A stretch of DNA of 17,362 nt, from NCBI RefSeq assembly GCF_006345805.1, contig NW_021824891.1, forward strand, positions 1 through 17,362, written 5' to 3'. The notes beneath the pieces were generated by a model that was not told where the DNA came from, did not search any database, and saw only the letters and a list, made by a program, of their open reading frames with translations. This DNA is from Octopus sinensis. Taxonomy: Eukaryota. The stretch's first letter is position 1. Each line of letters starts with the position of its first letter. This document shows positions 8,174-17,058 of this stretch, piece by piece. The translations under genes were made by a program, and so were the position numbers.

Positions 8174-8692
8174 AATAGTAAAAAGTGAAAAAACTACAGA
8201 AGGCTTAAATGTAAAAAAAAATATATTTCCGTCAATATGTCTGAAGAATATTAAAAATTTTTTTCTCTTATAATGACATAATTTCGAAGAAAGACCGGTT
8301 TCGCGTTTAGCTTTTCAAATTTCTTGCGACGTTATGTTTATGTTGAACCGAGTTATCGTTATGTTTATGTTCAAGAGAGTTCTAAATAAGGGGAGGTAAT
8401 ATGCAAGTATGTATCTAGGTAGGTAGGTATATATATATACATTATTCAAAGTATTAACAAGGAGAATTCTAGACAGAACAGATTTCGTGCAATCTGTGGT
8501 AGATCAGACACCGAACGATACGTAAGGCGTTCGACTTCTGTAAAAGTATCTGTTCTCTTGGGTTTTTAAAAAAAATCTTGTCTCACGCCACATCTGTTGG
8601 TGCCTTGTATGTAATTTATATATGAATGCGTGTATTGCGTATGTGCGTGCGTGCTTGTGTGTGTGTGTGTGTACCTATGTACATATAAATAT

Positions 8693-8955
8693 TGGCCGTG
8701 TGGAGCGCAGGCGTGACTGTTTTGGGGCGCATGCGTGGCTATGAGGAGGCGCAGGCTTGGCTGTGTGGAGGCACAGGCGTGGCTGTGTGGAGGCACAGGC
8801 TTGGCTGTGTAGTAAGTAGCTTGCTTACCAACCACATGGTTCCAGGTTCAGTCCCACTGCGTGGCACCTTGGGCAAGTGTCTTCTATTATAGCCTTGGGC
8901 CGACCAAAGCCTTGTGAGTGGATTTGGTAGACGGAAACTGAAGGAAACCCGTCGT
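8693..8955 (+). mobile_element. SINE family B preceded by a tandem array of its own 22-nt head
   Basis: Units of GGAGGC(A/G)CAGGC(G/T)TGGCTGTGT at 8702-8810, then the normal body AGTAAGTAGCTTGCTTACCAACCACATGGTTCCAGGTTCAGTCCC...GAAACCCGTCG. The 3' tail is not seen. Confidence 0.93.
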
Positions 8956-10048
8956 ATATATATATGTGTGTGTGTATATATATATAAATCCATATGTGCG
9001 AGAATATATACATATATACACTTATGTATATGAATACATAGATTCGTTCATACATACATACACACACATACATCATGTATTATACATACATATACACAAT
9101 AATTCATATACAAACAATTTATCAGATCACATGATATATTATGTACATACACACAAACAATGCAATATTCATACATACATTTATATATATATATATATAT
9201 ATATATATGCATATACATGCAAATATACATTTATTCATAAATATATATATGCATATATTTATACATAAATGAATATATAAATATACATACACACATGCAC
9301 ACACACACACAAATATATATGTATATATCTATATATATATATATATATAATATATATAATGTATGTATATATATATATATGAAGGTTGCCATCAAAGCCT
9401 CTCATATCCACGTACAAACACAGTAGATAAATATACAATACTTTTCCCCAGGGTGTTCCGTCTTTTTCCGCCCCTTGACATTTCCAATATATATTAATAT
9501 TATCTACACAAAAAAATGTGTGCATATGTGCCCATATGTACATACGTAGATATATATATATATATATATATATATAGATATATATATATATATATATTTA
9601 TATATGTACACGCACACATACATATATATGCATATGTATATCATAAACCTGTCTGATATTTTTCTACGTGTCTCTACTTAACACATGTTCCCCCACTTTC
9701 ATAAAGTAGGTCTCCCCTCACTGCACCAGTAGCCACTCTTCTGCCTCTCCTCCTCCTCTTCCTCTTCCTCCTCCTCCCCTCCTCCTCTCACTCCCTCTTC
9801 CTTTCATATCTCTGTTTTAGTAACTGGGCGTGTGTGCACATACGTACAAATGGATGTACGCACGCACACACACACACACATACGCACACACGCAATCGCA
9901 CATTCACTCGCACGCGCGCACACACGTGTGTGTATATGTTTACACATACACACACACACACATATATATATATATATTCATACATATCTATATATATATA
10001 TATAATTGCATATATCTCTCTGTGTATACACACACACATACATGTATA
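8956..10048. repeat. Extended low-complexity region: (TA)n, (TACA)n, (CCT)n, (CA)n
   Basis: Tracts at about 8956-9380, 9535-9640, 9745-9805 and 9825-10048, with short unique islands between them. Confidence 0.85.
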
Positions 10049-10050
10049 TA

Positions 10051-10959
10051 TTAGGTTGTTCAGAAAATAATGGCCGATTTTAAAAATAAGCCTATATTCT
10101 CGAAAAACTGAACTTATACAAAGGTTTAATTATTCAAAATACGATGCCTGAACAGCTATGCTTTTCTCCCATCGATTAACAAAGTTATTTATGCTTCTTC
10201 GATAAAAATCCAAAGGTTTTGATCCCAAGAAATCCTTGAATTCAGTTTCGATCTCGGCTTTGGAACGGAAAGTATTTTGCTTTAAAAACGTGCCTAGATG
10301 CTTGAAAAATGGTAGTCAGTGAAAGAAAGATCTGGAGAATATGGAGGATGTGGCAAAGTCTTGTATCCTAAGTCTGTGAGCTTCTGCAGTGTCATCCTGG
10401 AAACATGCGTTCGAGGGTTGTCTTGGAACAGAATTGAGTCATGTCGATTAACAAGTGCAGGTCTCATTTTGCTCGAATGAACATGTATTTCTTCCATTTA
10501 CTGGCAGACACCAAGCATATGAGACATTTTTCTGACTCTTTGTCGTGGGTTTTGTTCGATTATTGTTCTCAAGCGCTGATCATCAAGAGTGGATGGATGG
10601 CCTCTATTTTTTTGATCTTCAAGGCTCACATCCCCACTACGGAATCTCTCAAACCACCGTCGTACCGTCCGATCGCTTGCGAACCTTCACCCCATGCTCT
10701 ATTGATATTGGCAGCTGTTTGGGAAGCCTTATGTCTAAGTTTGAATTCTTTTGTTTTTTTTTTTTTTTTCATGTTTGAAATTAAGGAGTTCAGCGCTTCA
10801 AAATTATATTCTGAACGAAATCAATAAAAATTTACTAAAGAGTACACATCAATTATTAAACATGTAAAATTTCGCCTAAAACACTACAAAAATAACCTCT
10901 TGAATCGAATTAAAAAAAATGTTTTCAAAAAATCGGACATTATTTTCCGAATAACCTAA
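10051..10959 (-). mobile_element. Internally deleted mariner transposon (Hsmar1/cecropia-like)
   Basis: Imperfect TIRs TTAGGTTGTTCAGAAAATAATGGCCGATTTT (from 10051) and, as reverse complement, TTAGGTTATTCGGAAAATAATGTCCGATTTT (from 10959). TA precedes the left end and TG follows the right end. Only 909 bp, versus about 1.3 kb typical for mariner. Confidence 0.93.
10129..10780 (-). pseudogene. Disrupted mariner transposase
   Basis: Translation across frameshifts gives EFKLRHKASQTAANINRAWGEGS...TVRRWFERFRSGDVSLED..RGHPSTLDD..L..IIEQNPRQ, then a deletion, then MRPALVNR..ILFQDNPRTH...LPHPPYSPDLSFTDYHF...FYRRSINNFVNRWEKSI...YFE*. It includes the YSPDL motif; the WVPHEL region is absent. Confidence 0.92.
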
Positions 10960-10960
10960 T

Positions 10961-11405
10961 GTCTTACAGGGCTACTTCAGTGCAAGGATTGAGGGAGCCG
11001 TCTTGTGATTCTTTCCTGCGACATCCTAATCACATGTCCGTAATACCAGAACCGTAACCTTTCAATGTGGAATGGTAGCGGCTCGCCTTAGAGAGACTCC
11101 CTAATCTCCTGATCCACGTCCCTTGTCCAGCAATATTGTACCAGAGAGTCTTAAGAGGAACTTCCATTTCGACCACTTGTGTCTGTGATTGTACTTCTTC
11201 AGGTATTACCTCAAATTCATGACCACCGACATGAAAACAGAATTGAAGACAGCAAGTTTGGCTTTATTTTTACCAAATCTCTCTCCTCTTCTGTGGATCG
11301 AACGCTGGTCCTGACGCTTTACTGTGCCACCACCTGCGATTCTAGGCTTCAGTTTATCCTCCTGCTTCCCATCTTTCCTTTTGATCGAAAACCACCACTC
11401 TCCTT
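10961..11405 (-). mobile_element. Decayed RTE-clade (Rex3/Expander-like) LINE ORF2 C-terminal fragment
   Basis: Minus-strand translation with frameshifts: GVVF..DGKQED.L..RIA...KAKLAVFNSVF..GHEF.VIPE.VQSQTQVVEMKFL.RLSG..LLDK...EIRESL..EPLP.HIER...WYYGHVIRMSQERITRR. This follows the RTE pattern GHE..V.TE..RSRIQAAEM.FLRR..G..L.D.VR...IR..L.VEPLLL.IER.QLRW.GH..RM. Confidence 0.8.
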
Positions 11406-11433
11406 TTTTTTTACGCCCAAAAGAAAAGCTCTA

Positions 11434-11483
11434 CCTTGTAATTTGTTCTATCTGTGTGCAGCCCTGTGTGGCTAATAAAGAAA
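11434..11483 (+). mobile_element. Isolated retroposon 3' tail related to the SINE A type-1 tail
   Basis: CCTTGTAATTTGTTCTATCTGTGTGCAGCCCTGTGTGGCTAATAAAGAAA matches 7611-7657 at 39/47 positions plus a 3-nt gap; it is followed by (TATC)n. Confidence 0.65.
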
Positions 11484-11485
11484 CA

Positions 11486-11567
<82 letters not shown>

Positions 11568-11591
11568 CCTCTCTCTCTTTTTCCCTATCTG

Positions 11592-11623
<32 letters not shown>

Positions 11624-11640
11624 CCTCTCTCTCTTTCTCC

Positions 11641-11675
<35 letters not shown>

Positions 11676-11692
11676 CCTCTCTCTCTTTCTCC

Positions 11693-11730
<38 letters not shown>

Positions 11731-11873
11731 CTATCTATCTACCTCTCTCTTTCTTTCTCTCACTCTCCCTATCTATCTATCTATCTCAATCTATCTCTCT
11801 TTCTCTCTCGCTCTCTCTCTACATATATATTTTTACACACACCCATACACATATGCATGCATGCACACTCGTG

Positions 11874-11920
<47 letters not shown>

Positions 11921-11932
11921 CACACACGCACA
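11486..11932. repeat. (TATC)n array with higher-order CT-rich spacers, followed by (CA)n
   Basis: [(TATC)k TACCTCTCTCTCTTT(C/T)TCCC] occurs about four times from about 11565 to 11770; (CA)n at about 11875-11932. Confidence 0.95.
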
Positions 11933-12272
11933 CAAACTTAAACATGTACGTGCCTGTGTGAATTCCTCTGCCTGTGCGTCAAGTGCTTATATAAGTATAC
12001 TTACATATGTATATGTGTATGTGTATGTATGCGTGTAGTGTCTCCGCTATAATACCGAAAGCGAAAGTACATCCTTTCGTTGACACCTCACTTATATTTA
12101 TCCATACAGACCTGATACTCAAGGAAATTACGGTTTAATGATTTCCTTTCACGAATACCAAAACACCTTTTGAAAATATATCAAATGGCACCAGAATTTG
12201 GTTTCTTAGAAACACCAGGGATACAGAAAAGGATTTCCGACGCGCGTGTGTGTGTATATATATAAACAAAGT

Positions 12273-12572
12273 GGAGGCGTAATGGCCCAGTGGTTAGGGC
12301 AGCGGACTCGCAGTCGTAGGTTTGCGGTTTCGATTCCCAGACCGGGCGTTGTGAGTGTTTATTGAGCGAAAAGACCTAAAAGCTCACCGAGGCTCCGGCA
12401 GTGGGGTGGCGATCTCTGCTGTACTCTTTGGCCACAACTTTCTCTCATTCTTTCTTCTGTTGGTCTGCTCACTTAGCCAGCAGGGTGGCGTCATTTGAAG
12501 GCAAAAGCAATTCGAAGCGCATTGTGACCAGCGATGTTTAGCAACATCTGATAGCCTGGTCGGTCACGGTGA
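12273..12572 (+). mobile_element. tRNA-derived SINE family C, tail variant 1
   Basis: A box TGGCCCAGTGG (12283-12293), B-box-like GGTTTCGATTCCC (12326-12338), and a body shared with 12597-12958. Confidence 0.9.
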
Positions 12573-12596
12573 TATATATATATATATAAACAAAGT

Positions 12597-12958
12597 GGAG
12601 GCGTAATAGCCCAGTGGTTAGGGCAGCGGACTCGCAGTTTCGATTCCCAGACCGGGCATTGTGTTTATTGAGGGAAAACACCTATAGCGCCACGGGGCTC
12701 CAGCAGGGGGGGGGGGCAACCCTGCTGTACTCTTTCAGCACAACTTTCTCTCATTCTTTCTTCCTGTTTCTGTTGTACCTGTATTTCAAAGGGAGCCAGC
12801 CTTGTCACACTCTCTGTCTCGCTGAATCTCCCAGAGAACTACCTTAAGGGTACACGTGTCCGTGGAGTGCTTAGCCACTTGCACGTTAATTTCACGAGCT
12901 GGCTGTTCTGTTGATCGGATCAACTGGAACCCTCGTCGTCGTAACCGACGGAGTGCCA
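12597..12958 (+). mobile_element. tRNA-derived SINE family C, tail variant 2
   Basis: Same head with a short deletion before the B box. Shared body to CACAACTTTCTCTCATTCTTTCTTC, then a different 3' region ending GTAACCGACGGAGTGCCA. Confidence 0.88.
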
Positions 12959-13229
12959 CGATATAAGCAAAATTGAACACAAAAACACGAGGTGTGGGGG
13001 TTGTTGGTGCGTGGGTTTAGGGCAAGAGAATATATTCTCAATGCTCCTGGTGTTGAAAATACCTGAAAGTAAGTCATAGGCAAGCGAGACCAACTCACAT
13101 CAATCAGGTCCCTTTTTCGGAGCGACAGACATCGATGTTTCGTCACTGTTGTGAATTTTCAATGCCGCATACTCAACAAGGCCTGCTGCAAGCTATATCG
13201 CTATGGCTATGATCATATGCTAAATGGTT

Positions 13230-13390
13230 TCAAAACCATCTGCTGGCATGTCCCGACGTTTCATGCCACGGGAAAAATCAAATATGAATTGGAAGCAGTT
13301 TCCAAAAGTGGCAGGAACGCTGGCACCGGGATGGGGAAGCTGCGCAAAATGACTATTTCGAAGGAGACGTTGTTAAAACTTCGGCTATTT
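13230..13390 (+). pseudogene. Mariner-like transposase C-terminal remnant
   Basis: The frame FQKWQERWHRDGEAAQNDYFEGD resembles the mariner C-terminal pattern FQKW..RW..C....G.YFEGD. The boundaries are approximate. Confidence 0.55.
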
Positions 13391-13406
13391 TATATTAAAC
13401 ATAATA

Positions 13407-13517
13407 GGCGCAGGAGTGGCTGTGTGGTAAGTAGCTTGTTTACCAACCACATGGTTCCGGATTCAGTCCACTGCGTGGCACCTTGGGCAAGTGTCTTCTA
13501 CTATAGCCTCGGGCCGA
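13407..13517 (+). mobile_element. SINE family B, 5' half only
   Basis: Head GGCGCAGGAGTGGCTGTGTGG through TATAGCCTCGGGCCGA, then an abrupt stop and a 13-nt spacer. Confidence 0.92.
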
Positions 13518-13530
13518 AGAGATACTACCA

Positions 13531-13980
13531 GGCGCAGGAGTGGCTATGTGGTAAGTAGCTTGCTTACAAACCACATGGTTCTGGGTTCAGTCCCACTGCG
13601 TGGCACCTTGGGCAAGTGTCTTCTTCTATAGCCTCGGGCCGACCAAAGCCTTGTGAGTGGATTTGGTAGACGGAAACTGAAAGAAGCCCGTCGTATATAT
13701 GTATCTCTCGTCTCTATACATATATATGCGTGTGTATATATGTATATATATATGTATGTGTGTATGTTTGTGTGTCTGTGTTTGTCCCCCTGGCATTGCT
13801 TGACAACCGATGCTGGTGTGTTTATGTCCCCGTTACTTAGCGGTTCGGCAAAAGAGACCGATAGAATAAGTACTGGGCTTACAAAAGAATAAGTCCCGGG
13901 GTCGAGTTGCTCGATTAAAGGCGCTGCTCCAGCATGGCCGCAGTCAAATGACTGAAACAAGTAAAAGAGTAAAAGAGAGT
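13531..13980 (+). mobile_element. Full-length SINE family B with internal (TA)/(TG) microsatellite
   Basis: A-box-like TGGCTATGTGG, B-box-like GGTTCAGTCCC, CORE-like CCTTGGGCAAGTGTCTT, and a tail ending GTAAAAGAGTAAAAGAG. Confidence 0.95.
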
Positions 13981-14824
13981 ATAACTAGTGCGGGGCAACC
14001 TTTCGACACCACCTCGTGTCTGTTTAGATATCTGATTAAATCCTTTAGCAAAGAGACTCCTCATTCGCTAATCTGTGAAATATAACCATTCACTTTAGAA
14101 TAATGCTCAAGTGATACAGATTCCTCTTTGGGTATTTAGTTTCCTTTATCTTTCATTCAAGAATTTTCATTGTTGCTCTTTGTGTATGCGTCTGTCTGTG
14201 TGTCTGTAAAGTTTTAATGTTATTTTGTTTGGTGAAACTTTTATGATCTTTCTTTTATTTTTATCTTCACCCGTTTTAGTTATCAATTCTTTTTATATAA
14301 AGAAATGGATACAATAAATATTTCCTATTGACACAATGCGACGAACACACACAACACACTATTAACATTCACTATTAACATTAATTTGCACCCACCTCCC
14401 CAACAATCAACCCTTTCTGCCGTTTATTTTATTATTTTACACATTTTTTATTGAGTATATGTATATCGTTTAATCCAAAACACTCCTTAGGATTTTTTTC
14501 TTTACTTATAACACTTAGAGATACAAGTCATAATTCTTATCAATTATCTTAAGAATTGGCGCGTTCCGGTTTGTCCTGGCGCCACTCTTGAGACCCTAGT
14601 AAATTTGAATAGTCGGCTATCTTGCGTCGAAGATAACAGTATTGTTTACTGTTAAGTCATTAACTACCCACCATATATCATTTAGCCGTAAATTCCAACA
14701 TATGTATTGAATATATAGCTGTTTGACGATTTTCCTTGAAGAATATATACGTATGCATTAATTTAGTTGCTTCTGGAATTGTGGTTCTTTGATTGGTTTG
14801 AAAAGTTTAACATCTCCTTCTTAA

Positions 14825-14993
14825 GATAATCTCTACGGATATTCTATACGAATTCGAGCCAGCGCTGATTTTTGTTACGACGTTTTGTATCCGAGACGTC
14901 AAATATATTTACACCTGACATCTCGGAAACGAAACGCCATAACAAAAACCAGTGCTGGCAATAATCTCTATAGAATTATCCGTAGAGACAACC
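14825..14993. mobile_element. Fold-back MITE-like element flanked by TTAA (Kolobok-like by termini)
   Basis: Arms 14830-14901 and 14916-14988 are about 80% complementary with a 14-nt loop. TTAA at 14821-14824 and 14994-14997; the ends are GA...CC. Confidence 0.65.
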
Positions 14994-15534
14994 TTAACAA
15001 GTGATGTAGTAGCACTGCTAACACAGTAGAACAAGGTATTGACTTATAAAAACATTTAATATACTTTGTAGTATATTATGATCGCATAACGAAATACTGC
15101 ATCCCTACAAGTCCTTTAATATTTAATATCTCCATCCCATTTTGAAAATGCCTGTTCTATTCTGTTTGTTGATAAATATCTCTCCCCTCCCCCCACTCCA
15201 TAGGTCTATTGTACTTCGTCGTAAAATGGCAGAGTATCACCTGACGAAATGGGATGGTTACATAACAATGCGAATTTACGTCATGTTACCTGATATTACA
15301 CAGTATTATATGCTGTAGATTTCGTATTGGCAATAAACCACAATATTGAAACGCGTGTAGTGATATTTCGAACTATATATATATAACCACATGTGAATCG
15401 TTGGCGATTTTCTTTCTCCGTCTTCCCTTCTTTTGTACCTTCCTCCGTTTCCGAAGAAGAGCATCTGCTAAAACATTGCATGTACCACGTCCTCGGGTTG
15501 TTGTTTTTTTGTGTTTGTTCTTTTTTAAATTTAG

Positions 15535-15535
<1 letters not shown>

Positions 15536-15566
<31 letters not shown>

Positions 15567-15753
15567 TGTATGTATGTATGTATGTATGTATGTATGTATG
15601 TATGTATGGATGGATGGATGGATGGATGGATGTATGTACATATATATGTATATATATAAATATATACACACACATACGCATACATGTACGTACACATATA
15701 CACCCAACATATATATATATATATGTGTGCGTGTGTGTGTATATATATATATA
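15536..15753. repeat. (TATG)n + (TGGA)n + (TA)/(CA) compound microsatellite
   Basis: Seen directly. Confidence 0.95.
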
Positions 15754-15754
15754 A

Positions 15755-16083
15755 GGCGCATGGCTCAGTGGTTAGAGCGTCGAGCTTACGATCGTGAGGT
15801 TGTGACCTCGAATCCCGGACCGGGCTGCGTGTTGTGTTCTTGAGCAAGACACTTTATTTCACGTTGCTCCAGTTCACTCAGCTGTAGAAATGAGTTGCGA
15901 CGTCACTGGTGCCAAGCTGTATCGACCTTTGTCTTTCCCTTGGATAACACTGGTGGCGTGGAGAGGGGAGGCCGGTATGCATGGGCGACTGCTGGTCTTC
16001 CATAAACAACCTTGCCCAGACTTGTGTCTAGGAGGGTAACTTTCTAGGTGCAATCCCATGGTCATTCATGACCGAAGGGGGTC
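15755..16083 (+). mobile_element. tRNA-derived SINE family D with a CORE-like body
   Basis: A box TGGCTCAGTGG (15761-15771) and degenerate B box CCTCGAATCCC. The body TCTTGAGCAAGACACTTTA...CAGTTCACTCAGCTGTAGAAATGAG resembles the CORE domain as I recall it. Confidence 0.88.
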
Positions 16084-16089
16084 ACAAAA

Positions 16090-16369
16090 AAATATACATA
16101 TATATATGTATGTGTATATACATATATGTATTATGTATATATATATATGTGTGTATGTTTATATATATATATTTATGTATGTGTGTGTATATATATAAAT
16201 ATATACATGTATGTATATATGCATATATATGTATATATAAGTACACACGCACATATGTTTACAGATACGCAAGCACACACACACGCGCGCGCATGTAAGC
16301 CTGTACATATGCAAGATAAACAGATCTGGCGATCGATCTATTGATAGACATATAGATGGAGAGAGAGGG

Positions 16370-16410
<41 letters not shown>

Positions 16411-16440
16411 AGAAACAGAGAGAAAGAGAAAGAGAGAGAA
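16090..16440. repeat. (TA)/(TG), (CA) and (GA)n microsatellite cluster
   Basis: Seen directly; (GA)n at about 16358-16440. Confidence 0.9.
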
Positions 16441-16758
16441 TCAGAATCCGGGGAGAGCAGCTTTGGTCCCCGTTGTAAAACACAATTTGCATTTATTGCT
16501 GCGTTCCTAGACTTTTGGGATGGAAGTTTTCTTCGCTTTGTCGTTGCCCTTCCATAAAACGCAGTGAGGGGGAATAATTGAAAATGGCAAAGTTTGTAGA
16601 TTTGTACAGATGGGAGAGAAGGGACTGGAGAGAGAGAGAGAGAGAGAGGAGAGAGAAATGCTAGTGAGAGAATGAGAGAGGCAGAGGATTTGGGAATGGA
16701 TGGTGTAGAGAGAGAATAAAACGGATATGGGTTCGAGTGGCAGCGGGGTTGTTTAGAA

Positions 16759-17036
16759 CACGGTCTCGGGAACGAAATTTGCTTAGTGGGTGCAAACTCA
16801 GGTCCAAAAACGTTTACAAATAAAGGCTTATTGTTCTTTTATTATATTTATTTTTGTTCTTTGTTCTTTGAGAAGAAACCTAACTCCGAGCTCCTTGTTA
16901 CAGAACACATTTTATTCACTGTTTTCTAAACCTGAGAAACGTAAGGATGGGTGCAAAGTTCGATTTTGCACCCCTAGGGGCAAAATATTCTAGGGGTGCA
17001 CTTTCACCCTCTGCACCCTCTGTTCTCGGGTCCATG
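16759..17036. mobile_element. hAT-like MITE
   Basis: TIRs CACGGTCTCGGGAAC (16759-16773) and reverse-complement CATGGACCCGAGAAC (17022-17036) match 11/15. The 8-bp flanks GTTTAGAA and GCATAGAA match 6/8. Internal GGGTGCA/TGCACCC repeats. Confidence 0.65.
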
Positions 17037-17058
17037 GCATAGAACAAGAAGGAGTCGT

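Noticed and set aside
15445-15480. Third hammerhead-like remnant CCGAAGA-AGAGC atct GCT-AAAAC
   Set aside because: U4 and G12 of the core are lost and no stem I or III is evident; at most a dead Penelope-type relic.
12273-15820. tRNA genes at the heads of SINE families C, B and D
   Set aside because: A and B boxes are present, but acceptor and anticodon stems do not form and each head continues into a SINE body.
908-16492. Most ORFs in the six-frame track (MYVC, HTHT, YIYI, LSIY, poly-T/S/V/H types)
   Set aside because: They are direct translations of microsatellites or SINE bodies, with no domain-like content.
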